Shown one piece after another: positions 48,813 through 57,822 of a stretch of 64,000 bases of DNA. The first letter of the stretch is position 1. Each line of letters begins with the position of its first letter. Made by a program: the position numbers and the translations under genes. The notes under the pieces are model-generated. The model did not search any database, was not told the DNA's origin, and saw nothing but the letters and a program-made list of their open reading frames with translations. Source of the stretch: a virus; IMG/VR virus record IMGVR_UViG_3300034110_001237, positions 97,698-161,697 of that record; one strand, 5' to 3'.

Positions 48813-49148
48813 ATGAGCAGAACAATCCGTCGCAAAAACGACAAATCAAAATACAATTTCGTCAAAACCTTCTTGTTCGATGAGAAAGATTTGGATGAAA
48901 ATGGACTGATCGATTGGTATTGGAATAAAGGTTTCGTCGGTTTAACCTTAGAGCAGGCTAACAAAAAGAAAACGCGGTGGTTCCACTCCTGCAGCGGCCC
49001 ACGCTTCGATTACTGCCCCGGTAAGGCTTACCGTCAGGAATACCGGGCGAAAAGCAAGCAGCAACTCAGGGAGCAATTGAACGTACTCGATGATTACGAA
49101 GCCGTAGCCATCGACAAGATCTGCAACGATTGGCGTTACTGGATGTAA
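48813..49148 (+). CDS. basic protein MSRTIRRK...
   Basis: GAGGA RBS; terminator downstream. Confidence 0.8.
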   Translation: MSRTIRRKNDKSKYNFVKTFLFDEKDLDENGLIDWYWNKGFVGLTLEQANKKKTRWFHSCSGPRFDYCPGKAYRQEYRAKSKQQLREQLNVLDDYEAVAIDKICNDWRYWM

Positions 49149-49202
49149 ATTAAGAAGACCTTTCTTGTAAAGGTCTTTTTTCTTTTCTAATAGGAATATA
49201 TT

Positions 49203-49604
49203 ATGAAGAAAATGATTGTATATCGGCTTGAAAACAGCCAAGGTGTTGGCCCGTTTCGTGGTGGTCATCGTGATGAAGCTGAATTGTTGAAAGGTCATCT
49301 TGGAATTCGTCAGTGTCTTGTTGAACGTGGACGTATGAAGCCAAGGGCTTTTAAAAAGCTGTCTAATTCTGGTTGGAGTTGTGCTTGGAGTTCGGAAGCT
49401 GATTTTAATGAGTGGATGAACAATAAAACCGAGTTTTTTTGCGAACTTGGTTATTTCAAAGTTGTCTATGAGGTTGACCAGTATAAATTGTGTGATGAAC
49501 AGCAGCTTTGCCAGTATGATGAAGGCTTGGAAGACTATGTATCTTCTGATATTGATGGTTTTCAGGTTTTTTTCAATCCAAAACGTGCAGTAAAGCTCAA
49601 ATAG
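49203..49604 (+). CDS. hypothetical protein (VYRLE...G.GPF type)
   Basis: AGGA RBS; IVYRLENSQGVGPF. Confidence 0.75.
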   Translation: MKKMIVYRLENSQGVGPFRGGHRDEAELLKGHLGIRQCLVERGRMKPRAFKKLSNSGWSCAWSSEADFNEWMNNKTEFFCELGYFKVVYEVDQYKLCDEQQLCQYDEGLEDYVSSDIDGFQVFFNPKRAVKLK

Positions 49605-49617
49605 TTGATAAAAAAGC

Positions 49618-49737
49618 TTGTGATAGGTCATTGATTGTCGTATAATGACCTCATTGAAAAAGATGAAGAAATAAAAAAGATTATAGGAAAAAAGAAGACG
49701 AAAAAAGCTTGTTCAGGTTTCAAAACGATGGTAAGAT
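49618..49737 (+). promoter_or_regulatory. tandem sigma70-type promoters with A-tracts
   Basis: AAAAAAGC-TTGTGA-17-TATAAT (49618-49646) and AAAAAAGC-TTGTTC-17-TAAGAT (49709-49737). Confidence 0.6.
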
Positions 49738-49743
49738 AAGCTT

Positions 49744-50060
49744 CCTTAGACAAACAACTAGCACACTAATGAAGGCCCGAGAGGTGAGCCAAAAATGTAA
49801 AATCTAGACTTAAATTAGATAACCATATTATAGAATTTGATAAGATTAAAACAAACATTAACCGCTAGATATATTAGATTAAGTGCCCGAGGTGAACTAC
49901 CGATGCAGAACTAATTCAAATTATAGATAATCTAATATTGAATGAGTATAATGATGTATAGGAATAGATCAACACGGTGTGGTTTTTTTAAGTGGCAATT
50001 TAACGCCCTCCACCAAATTGATAAGCAGGATAAAAAGACCTCGTTTTGAGGTCTTTTTTT
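49744..50060 (+). ncRNA. candidate ~300-nt non-coding transcript
   Basis: between tandem promoters and terminator AAAAAGACCTC/GAGGTCTTTTT; no ORF of substance. Confidence 0.4.
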
Positions 50061-50136
50061 ATGCCTTTAAAAAAAGTTGGCGATTTGACAAATATATTAA
50101 AAGGTATATTTGTACGATCAAACATTGGAGCGATAT

Positions 50137-50244
50137 ATGATCTTACATTTCTTTCGTCATACTAAAAATCATCTTGTACTTAAATTGATTTTTTCGGCCT
50201 ACTGTTTATTGCACTGGTTTGCAAATGTTATTTACCCTGTTTAA
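50137..50244 (+). CDS. 35-aa hydrophobic peptide (not in ORF track)
   Basis: GGAG RBS; MILHFFRHTKNHLVLKLIFSAYCLLHWFANVIYPV. Confidence 0.5.
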   Translation: MILHFFRHTKNHLVLKLIFSAYCLLHWFANVIYPV

Positions 50245-50314
50245 ATGGTTGTAATTCAGATAATTTTTGGTTATTATGTAGATGTAAAAACTATTTTAAA
50301 CTAAGGAGGTTCCT

Positions 50315-50335
50315 ATGTCTAGCGATGCGTCTTAA
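50315..50335 (+). promoter_or_regulatory. 6-codon leader uORF (MSSDAS) upstream of frr
   Basis: perfect TAAGGAGGT Shine-Dalgarno before ATG TCT AGC GAT GCG TCT TAA. Confidence 0.7.
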
Positions 50336-50362
50336 TTCATAATTTTTTATGCAAAAAATCTT

Positions 50363-50395
50363 GCACTGAATAGCTATCTATTCGGTGCTTTTCTT
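50363..50395 (+). terminator. intrinsic terminator / attenuator in frr leader
   Basis: GCACTGAATAG-CTAT-CTATTCGGTGC followed by TTTTCTT. Confidence 0.7.
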
Positions 50396-50417
50396 ATTTC
50401 AATAATAAAAGGATATC

Positions 50418-50975
50418 ATGATGACTAATTTCAAAAAAGAAACTCAAAAGGAATTGGCTAAAGCGGTTGGATCTTTGAAAATAACCATTGCCAAAATCAG
50501 AACAGGTCGAGCACATCCTAGTCTATTAGATTCTGTAATGGTTGATCATCTCAATACCAAGACACCGATTAAACAAATGGCAAGCATTGTTGTTGAAGAC
50601 GCTCGCACACTCAAAGTGGTGGCCTTTGATAATAAGTTGATGGGTGCGGTAACCAAATCAATCTTGAATGCTGGCTTAGGACTAAACCCCTCCAATACTG
50701 GTGCGGCCATCTATGTTCCTTTGCCTATTATGACGGAAGATACTCGAAAGATGTATATCAAGCAGTTGCGACAAAGCATTGAAAATTCCAGAATTGTAGT
50801 TCGCAATCTCCGTCGAGATGCGTTCTCTATTTACAAAAAGCAATTGAAAAATAAAGAAATCAATGAAAATGATGAGCGACGACTCAGTAACTCGATTCAG
50901 AAAGAAATTGACGCGACTATGGCGATTATTGATGGACTTTTGGAACAAAAAGAAACAGAAATTATGGCGATTTGA
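50418..50975 (+). CDS. frr: ribosome recycling factor
   Basis: KIRTGRAHPSLLD, LGLNP, P.MTEDTRK, VRNLRRDA, KETEIM. Confidence 0.97.
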   Translation: MMTNFKKETQKELAKAVGSLKITIAKIRTGRAHPSLLDSVMVDHLNTKTPIKQMASIVVEDARTLKVVAFDNKLMGAVTKSILNAGLGLNPSNTGAAIYVPLPIMTEDTRKMYIKQLRQSIENSRIVVRNLRRDAFSIYKKQLKNKEINENDERRLSNSIQKEIDATMAIIDGLLEQKETEIMAI

Positions 50976-51012
50976 TGTTGATTTTATAAGCTATATTTGC
51001 TATAATAGCTTT

Positions 51013-51410
51013 GTTGTAAAAATTCGAGACAGCCTTCTTATTAGAGGTGTTTCGATGTGGAAAGCAGGTGATCAACCATAGTTTAGCCTTGAGTTCTAGG
51101 TTACTTGCTTAAAAAAATCAAAGGTGATGTCGCTGCTTAGGGATCTTTTGTGGATGACATGAAGTAACAAAATGAGAGGCTGTCCAGAGAGAGGCAAAAT
51201 CAAAAAAAGAAACAGCAACATGCGGCTAGTCCAGACGAATGTTGTGCTACCACCCCCGACGCTTCCAACGAAAAGAAGGTCAAACTGGATAATACAACTT
51301 GATTGCTTCCACCATGAGAGATTGTGTGTCAGGTCTTTATTAAATGGCATTCATCGCCGCCTGATTTTTTATTTCTAAGAAGACCACTAAATTCGTTAGT
51401 GGTCTTTTTT
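51013..51410 (+). ncRNA. candidate ~400-nt structured RNA
   Basis: promoter TTGATT-17-TATAAT 50978-51006; terminator 51380-51410; long-range pairing 51057-51075/51299-51312 and nested stems. Confidence 0.5.
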
Positions 51411-51463
51411 ATTGCTAAAAAAAACTATTTATGGTATTATTGCAATAATTTATTGGAGAGATT

Positions 51464-52246
51464 ATGAGTTTTAAAGCAGATATACAGAAATTTAGTTATC
51501 ATGAATGGAGCCAGTTTCCGGCAGAATTTCATGTAGCTATTAAAATGAAATTACTTACGTTGCTTAAAACTGTCTGCAACATCGATCTATCCACAATATC
51601 TTATGATGATGCAAATTATTTTCAATTCGACAGTGATTATAAACAACATCAGAAAATTAAATATCATTTTAATTATACAGGAACAGATGCTGGTGAAGCG
51701 GAAGCTCTTGTTATATTGAGTGGAGAACGATTTTTAGTCACTTTTCAGTTTTACAAAAAGGAAAAGCACCCTAACCTTCCAGCCGGAGCCTATTGTGTCG
51801 ATATCGACGTAGATGAATGGTTAAGATATATTCGTGCAGAATTTGAGACTCGCTATGATTTTGGCTGGAAATTGAGTAATCCGAAACATCGTGCGACTTT
51901 CTTTTTTTATAAAGTTCTTGATAAAAATCTTAAACTAAGCACAGTTATCAATTGTATCAATAGAAATAGTCGTAAAACACATACTTTGCTTAAACCAAAA
52001 GATCTTCCATTCTTGTTTTTTGAAAACAATCATCACTTTTATGACACGTTGAAAGAAATGTTAGAGTGTTGCGAGATGCAACCGAATCTATTCTATTCTG
52101 TATTTGCAGAATACCCAGATCATGTAGAATTAGCATCAAGCAGTGAATCTGTAAAAAAATTTCTGACCTTATACCATGACCAATTTACAAGGGATTCTTC
52201 GATTGTTGAATCAAGGCTTCTTTTACTCGAAATGCAGGCTATTTAA
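51464..52246 (+). CDS. paralog family C protein 1 (C-terminal M-4 tail)
   Basis: F..YP motif; ends SRLLLLEMQAI. Confidence 0.85.
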   Translation: MSFKADIQKFSYHEWSQFPAEFHVAIKMKLLTLLKTVCNIDLSTISYDDANYFQFDSDYKQHQKIKYHFNYTGTDAGEAEALVILSGERFLVTFQFYKKEKHPNLPAGAYCVDIDVDEWLRYIRAEFETRYDFGWKLSNPKHRATFFFYKVLDKNLKLSTVINCINRNSRKTHTLLKPKDLPFLFFENNHHFYDTLKEMLECCEMQPNLFYSVFAEYPDHVELASSSESVKKFLTLYHDQFTRDSSIVESRLLLLEMQAI

Positions 52247-52247
52247 T

Positions 52248-53045
52248 ATGACCACTATTCACACACAATTACTGATGAGCAAAAACATTCATAAGTTTGA
52301 TGATGATCTTAACAATCAAATCATTGAAAAGCTTTTACACATATTACAGTCTATTTTTGATGTCGATTTAATGATTGAATATAAAGATTTCATGTTAAAA
52401 CCAGTTTCATTTGGTATGGCTATTCATGTTGAATACTCGTTTAAATATGGAATGGTGTCTGTGTTAGCAAAAAATAATGAGATGACTGTTTCTTTTGTTT
52501 TTGATCGAGATAAATGCAATAATCTTTATATTCCATTTAACTGCACACGGTGCGAAGTTCTTGTTGATGATGATCTAAACTTTGAAAAAGCTGTTTTTAA
52601 TTTCTATTCAACCATTAATAAACCTAAAATTGAAACTAAATACGCTTCAAAATATGTCGGTTCAGTTTTGGTATCAGATCCTCATCATGCGACTATTGAT
52701 ATTCGTCGGACGATAGATAAACAAGGGAAATTTTCTACATGGATTACTTATGACAATTTTTATTCAAAACTGGGTGATTATACAGAATTAAATATTTCAG
52801 AATTGCATAAAGTATTCTTTACACCAGATAAGCATTTTGAAGAGTTCTTTGTTAAAATAATGATGACATTAAAGACACGGCCTCAAGAGTTTTCTTCTGT
52901 CTTTACTGATTACCCAACCCATACTCAAATTATGCACAATAAAACATTAGCGGTTAACTTTTTGAATTTGTTAGGCGATGACTATTTTAATCGTTTTCAT
53001 GTGTTGGAAGCTAACCTGTTATTACTTGATATGCAGGTCATATGA
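52248..53045 (+). CDS. paralog family C protein 2
   Basis: ATG 1 nt after previous stop; FKYG, VDDDLNF, F.DYP; ends LLLLDMQVI. Confidence 0.85.
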   Translation: MTTIHTQLLMSKNIHKFDDDLNNQIIEKLLHILQSIFDVDLMIEYKDFMLKPVSFGMAIHVEYSFKYGMVSVLAKNNEMTVSFVFDRDKCNNLYIPFNCTRCEVLVDDDLNFEKAVFNFYSTINKPKIETKYASKYVGSVLVSDPHHATIDIRRTIDKQGKFSTWITYDNFYSKLGDYTELNISELHKVFFTPDKHFEEFFVKIMMTLKTRPQEFSSVFTDYPTHTQIMHNKTLAVNFLNLLGDDYFNRFHVLEANLLLLDMQVI

Positions 53046-53046
53046 C

Positions 53047-53832
53047 ATGACTACACTCTTAGATAGAATTTCAATCATACAAAAAGAACAGCTTCCTGAT
53101 GATCTTGATTTTGACATTTCAAGTAAATTAAAAACATTGTTGAAAATTACTTTTAATGAAAACTTGTCAGACCCATATGATCTGAATTGTATTGAGCTTT
53201 TAGAGGTTTTTATTTATGACAACAATAAAAAAATAGACATTTCGTATTTTTTCAAATTTGGTATAGCTTTAATTTATTTTCATCGTGATCTTGGTATGTT
53301 GAAAGTTTTATTTCTATGTAATCAAAATAATAATAATTTATATAATTGTGATGTCAATTATGAAGTAGTTGTTGATGACGACCTTAATTTTCAAAGTTTC
53401 TCATTCTGGCGATTATTTGAATTCTCGAAGGACTTTAGAGACAATAAAAAATATACGGCGGCATGGTCAAACTTATTATTTCATATTGAAATGGATAATT
53501 TTTTCAATTTTAGTAAAAATTTTCTATATCGTAATGAAGAAAGTTATAATATATCACCAGATGATAAAAAAAATCTTTTTGATTATGGACTAAATCCTGT
53601 TTTTTATCTTTCTAGCCGTCATTTTGATGAGTTGTTGTTAAAATTTTTAAAATATTGCATAGTAAATACTCAACATTTTTATGTTATGTTTCCTCATTAT
53701 CCAAATCATATTTGCTGTATGCAATCACTCAGTAAAACAGTTGACTTGTTAAATATTTTTTGTGAAGAATATAGAGACAATTTGACAATTTTGGAGTATA
53801 ATCTCTTATTACTTGATATGCAGGGCATTTAA
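53047..53832 (+). CDS. paralog family C protein 3
   Basis: FKFG, VDDDLNF, FPHYP; ends LLLLDMQGI. Confidence 0.85.
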   Translation: MTTLLDRISIIQKEQLPDDLDFDISSKLKTLLKITFNENLSDPYDLNCIELLEVFIYDNNKKIDISYFFKFGIALIYFHRDLGMLKVLFLCNQNNNNLYNCDVNYEVVVDDDLNFQSFSFWRLFEFSKDFRDNKKYTAAWSNLLFHIEMDNFFNFSKNFLYRNEESYNISPDDKKNLFDYGLNPVFYLSSRHFDELLLKFLKYCIVNTQHFYVMFPHYPNHICCMQSLSKTVDLLNIFCEEYRDNLTILEYNLLLLDMQGI

Positions 53833-53833
53833 A

Positions 53834-54598
53834 ATGACTAACATCTATGACGCAATGGTACACTTTAAAAAGACCAAAGAATCTCTATGGGGGATTAGTC
53901 CATTGGTTAGCTCTAAACTTGTGCCCTTATTTCAACAGGCTACTGGCATAGAGCTTCTGGGTGATGAACAGCATTTCACCAACAATATCAGCGTCTGTGG
54001 TTTGGAAGTCGCTATGGATTACTTCTTTAAATACGGCTCAGCCACATTAAGTTTGAAAAATGATGAGCTAGAAGTAGGTTTTTATTTTATTAATAAACCA
54101 GATGATGTTTATCCGACTCCCTTTGATGCCAAACAATGTAGGGTTTATATTGATCGTGATTTTAACTTTAAACAGGCTATTTTCAATTATCATGTTAGTT
54201 TTTCCAAAGCTCTTCTAAATAATTATGACAAAAGTGCTGTATATGCAGCCATTAAAATTCAAAAAATCATTGAACAGGAATCAACAAGAACTACTTTTGG
54301 CTATCAAAATCTACTTTCTAAAGCAAAAGAGTATACGTCACTTCATGATAAAGGGCTTGATGAGGATTTCTTTGAAACTGATGTGAAATTTGAATTGTTT
54401 TTTGTTAAGTTCATGGAAACTTGTGCTAAAAGACCTTACGAGTTCTATGAATTATTTCCAGAATATCCAAGCTATATTGATTTCATGGAAAAGATGTACA
54501 AAGCAGTTGAATTCTTGAACCTATTTAACTTCCAATACATTAATCAGTTTGAGGTGTTAGAATCTAAACTTATCTTACTTGATATGCAGGTTATTTAA
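53834..54598 (+). CDS. paralog family C protein 4
   Basis: FKYG, IDRDFNF, FPEYP; ends LILLDMQVI. Confidence 0.85.
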   Translation: MTNIYDAMVHFKKTKESLWGISPLVSSKLVPLFQQATGIELLGDEQHFTNNISVCGLEVAMDYFFKYGSATLSLKNDELEVGFYFINKPDDVYPTPFDAKQCRVYIDRDFNFKQAIFNYHVSFSKALLNNYDKSAVYAAIKIQKIIEQESTRTTFGYQNLLSKAKEYTSLHDKGLDEDFFETDVKFELFFVKFMETCAKRPYEFYELFPEYPSYIDFMEKMYKAVEFLNLFNFQYINQFEVLESKLILLDMQVI

Positions 54599-54599
54599 T

Positions 54600-55406
54600 A
54601 TGAAAACAATTTATGAGCAATTGATGGAATTGAAAGATGTAAAAAGTCTTCATAGATCGGAGACAACTTTATTTTTAGGTGCCGATTGTATTGTTGGTGA
54701 CGATGTTATTGATGATATTTTAGTTAACGAGAAACTTATAGAGTTGTTTTACAAAGCTTACAGTATTCAAGAACCCCTTGAACAAATTTTTTTTGAGAGG
54801 AATATATCATCTATTGGCCTTCGAATAAGTGTCGCTTATAATTTTCAGTATGGTTCAGTTCACCTTGCAGTTGAAAACAACAAACTATTAGTGACTTTTT
54901 ATCATAAAGATGACTGGTTTAAAGCTCCATTTGGAGCAGATCGTTGTATGGTTTCTGTAGATCATAATTTGAATTTTATTCAATCTGAATATTCTACTTA
55001 TTTTGCATTTTTAAACAGTGTTCTGCATAACAATGGTGGGTATGCTGGATATAACCATATGCAGATTAAACAATTTACTGATTCTGCTGGTACACGCAAT
55101 CAACTTGCTTTTTGTCACCCTGATGACAATGACGATTTATTTAAAGCAGCACCAGAAGGCAAGCTGGATAAACGTTTTTCTATACCCAATGTTCAATTTG
55201 AGAATACATTTCTTCAAATTATTGATTTTGTGACAGATAGACCGCATGAATTTTATGCTATTTTTCCTGAGTATCCAAGTTTTTCTGAATGCGTAGATAG
55301 TGCAGATGGAATTATTAACTTTGTTAACTTATTTGTTGAACAGTATTTTAATGACAATGAACGCTTACAACAACACTTGTTATTACTTGATATGCAGGCG
55401 ATTTAA
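54600..55406 (+). CDS. paralog family C protein 5
   Basis: FQYG, VDHNLNF, FPEYP; ends LLLLDMQAI. Confidence 0.85.
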   Translation: MKTIYEQLMELKDVKSLHRSETTLFLGADCIVGDDVIDDILVNEKLIELFYKAYSIQEPLEQIFFERNISSIGLRISVAYNFQYGSVHLAVENNKLLVTFYHKDDWFKAPFGADRCMVSVDHNLNFIQSEYSTYFAFLNSVLHNNGGYAGYNHMQIKQFTDSAGTRNQLAFCHPDDNDDLFKAAPEGKLDKRFSIPNVQFENTFLQIIDFVTDRPHEFYAIFPEYPSFSECVDSADGIINFVNLFVEQYFNDNERLQQHLLLLDMQAI

Positions 55407-55407
55407 T

Positions 55408-56163
55408 ATGATGACACTTTATGAACAGTTTACTGCAGTTAGAACAGCCGAGAAAAACTGGATGTATAAACCTGATGTTCAACAAAAATTGATTGATATA
55501 TTTAAAATCGTTTGTAACATCGATCTTTCTAGTGAAGAGATTCCATTTAAACCAGATGGTGGATCTTTTGGAATGGAAATTGTGTATAACTATAAATTTA
55601 AATATGGTAGAGTCTATGTTCAAACTGAAAAACAAGAAATGCAAGTTATGTTTATTTTTGATAACCCTCATGAATTAAATATTCCTTTTACGAATCATTC
55701 ACGATCAAACCGTTGTACAGTTAAGGTTGATCATAATTTGAACTTTATAGAAGCTCGTTTTGGTTTTTACAGGTCTTTTTCCAATAGAACATTGGTTAAA
55801 GATGTCTCTGGTTACGTTTTATTTCGTTTTGAAACCATAAACGATGGTACTAACATCTTTAATAGTGTTTCTTACAGTTACAGCATGGAATCGGATGACT
55901 ATATAGATTTAATTCCCTATGGTCTTATCGATTATTCAATACCTAATAATGACTTTGAACAAATATTAATGGATTTTATGACTTTTTGTTCCGAAGAACC
56001 AGAAGATTTCTATAACGTTTTTGTTGAATATCCGAATTACGATGATCTTATGACCAGCGTTGACAACTTGGTTATATTCTTAAACCTTCTAAAACAACAA
56101 TACATTGAAAACAGAGAAATTTTGCAATCACGTATATTGTTATTAACCATGCAGGCAATCTAA
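55408..56163 (+). CDS. paralog family C protein 6
   Basis: FKYG, VDHNLNF, FVEYP; ends ILLLTMQAI. Confidence 0.85.
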   Translation: MMTLYEQFTAVRTAEKNWMYKPDVQQKLIDIFKIVCNIDLSSEEIPFKPDGGSFGMEIVYNYKFKYGRVYVQTEKQEMQVMFIFDNPHELNIPFTNHSRSNRCTVKVDHNLNFIEARFGFYRSFSNRTLVKDVSGYVLFRFETINDGTNIFNSVSYSYSMESDDYIDLIPYGLIDYSIPNNDFEQILMDFMTFCSEEPEDFYNVFVEYPNYDDLMTSVDNLVIFLNLLKQQYIENREILQSRILLLTMQAI

Positions 56164-56165
56164 TT

Positions 56166-56930
56166 ATGACCACTTTCTATGATAGACTTTTATTTGCAAA
56201 AGATTCAACTGACTTACTTTCCGATATTTTAGATGAAATCAGTCAAAAATTACTGCAATTATTGTATGAGTCTTGTCATATTGATTTATCTCATATTGAT
56301 GAACCATTCGTGATGGCTCATCTCGGTACAGATAAAGACTTACATATTCAATACAATACTGTTTTTGGTGGAGCTAACTTTTCATTATTATCTTCTACAC
56401 ATGAGCTAGAGGTTGAATTTGATTTTTCAAAGGAATACCCTACAGACTACTATTACAAGTCAAAATATTGTTACCTAGAAATTGATAATGATATGAACTT
56501 AAAAAAAACTAGATTCAACAACGCTTTTCCATTTTCAAAAGCTGTTTTGGACGGTGCGTATGCTAGTCATGTTTTTTCTTCTCTTCGTATTGATACTTAT
56601 GTTGACTATCTATCAAATGTGTCGAAACATTTTAGTTATGAAAACTACCTCTATCATACATTTCCAAAAGATATGCGAGCTTATGGATTGAGTGCTTATT
56701 TTTATTTTACGAATAAAGATTTTGAAGATCTGTTAGCCACTTTCCTATTTCTTGCGGGTAATCATCCTTTTATCTTTTATGAGTTCTTTAAAGAATATCC
56801 AAGCTATATTGACTTAATGAACAGTATTGATCATATGATTCAATTTTTGGAACTTTTCAAAAACCAATATATTAATGATCCTGATTTATTAAAATCAAAC
56901 ATATTGTTAATTGAAATGAAGTTAATTTAA
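56166..56930 (+). CDS. paralog family C protein 7
   Basis: IDNDMNL, FKEYP; ends ILLIEMKLI. Confidence 0.85.
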   Translation: MTTFYDRLLFAKDSTDLLSDILDEISQKLLQLLYESCHIDLSHIDEPFVMAHLGTDKDLHIQYNTVFGGANFSLLSSTHELEVEFDFSKEYPTDYYYKSKYCYLEIDNDMNLKKTRFNNAFPFSKAVLDGAYASHVFSSLRIDTYVDYLSNVSKHFSYENYLYHTFPKDMRAYGLSAYFYFTNKDFEDLLATFLFLAGNHPFIFYEFFKEYPSYIDLMNSIDHMIQFLELFKNQYINDPDLLKSNILLIEMKLI

Positions 56931-56993
56931 TTGACAAAATTGACATCAAAGTCATTTTAAATTAAACTTTCAAAACAACTATGAGGTGTTTGA

Positions 56994-57812
56994 ATGCTGG
57001 AGCGTATATTTAAAGCAAAAACTGATTATGACAAAGCTATTTTGGATAAAGTCGATGTGGCTGATTATAAACCCAAGATCACCTTCTTTACTGGCTCAGG
57101 CATCTCTCAAGAGAGTGGTTTGGAGACGTTTCGTTCCAGTGATGGTCTATGGTGTAATCACCGCGTCGATGAAGTAGCCACGGCCAAAGCTCTTCAAAAA
57201 GACTTTAAGAAAGTAAACAACTTTTTCAATGACAGACGTAAAGAAGTGTTGGCTGCTCAGCCTAATCGATCTCATCACATCCTAAAAGAACTAGAACAAT
57301 ACTTTGAAGTCATTGTAGTCACCCAAAACGTGGATGATTTGCATGAGCGAGCTGGTAGTTCAAAGATCTATCATTTACATGGTGAAATCATGCGTTCTCG
57401 CCCGGTCGGCAACTCAAACGTGTTCTACGACCAGAAGAAAGATATTAAGGTTGGTGACAAGTGCATGTTAACTAGATCACAAATTAGACCGCACATTGTT
57501 TTATTTGATGAGATGTTGGACGATGGGATCTTGTCAAACGCTCGAAAGCATATCAGAGAGTCCGATGTGTTTGTGGTAGTGGGTAGCAGTTTACAAGTTG
57601 AACCTGCAGCTTCTCTGGTGGTTGAGGGCTTTGGTTTGCGTGATTTTGTTTTGGTCGATCCAAACACTGTCTTTATGAAGTACAATGCCAACTATGTGCA
57701 TGTTAAAGAAAATGCCTCAGTAGGACTTGAAATGATGTTGCCTCAGTTAATTATTAAAGCTGGCTTGCTTCAAGCAGATTTCAAAGCAAACAAAGAACGA
57801 TTGAAACCATAG
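56994..57812 (+). CDS. cobB: Sir2-family NAD-dependent deacylase (CobB-like)
   Basis: TGSGISQESGLETFR, TQNVDDLHERAG, HLHG, RPHIVLFDE, VGSSLQV.PA. Confidence 0.9.
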   Translation: MLERIFKAKTDYDKAILDKVDVADYKPKITFFTGSGISQESGLETFRSSDGLWCNHRVDEVATAKALQKDFKKVNNFFNDRRKEVLAAQPNRSHHILKELEQYFEVIVVTQNVDDLHERAGSSKIYHLHGEIMRSRPVGNSNVFYDQKKDIKVGDKCMLTRSQIRPHIVLFDEMLDDGILSNARKHIRESDVFVVVGSSLQVEPAASLVVEGFGLRDFVLVDPNTVFMKYNANYVHVKENASVGLEMMLPQLIIKAGLLQADFKANKERLKP

Positions 57813-57822
57813 GAATTTTATT

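Noticed and set aside
48948-49631. 227-aa reverse-strand ORF
   Set aside because: Antisense shadow of two + strand genes that have RBSs and terminators.
50005-50035. tmRNA 3' end (CTCCACCA); also TCCACCA near 51308-51314
   Set aside because: No GGGG 5' partner, no TTC T-loop and no tag reading frame found.
51096-51378. ORFs 51096..51350(-) and 51172..51378(+)
   Set aside because: No convincing RBS, atypical composition; region better explained as structured RNA.
51464-56930. Diversity-generating retroelement or shufflon behind the paralog arrays
   Set aside because: No reverse transcriptase, recombinase, template/variable repeat pair or inverted crossover sites in the window.
56994-57812. 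Sir2-based anti-phage defence system (Thoeris/DSR type)
   Set aside because: Motifs are of the stand-alone CobB deacylase type with no partner domains or genes.
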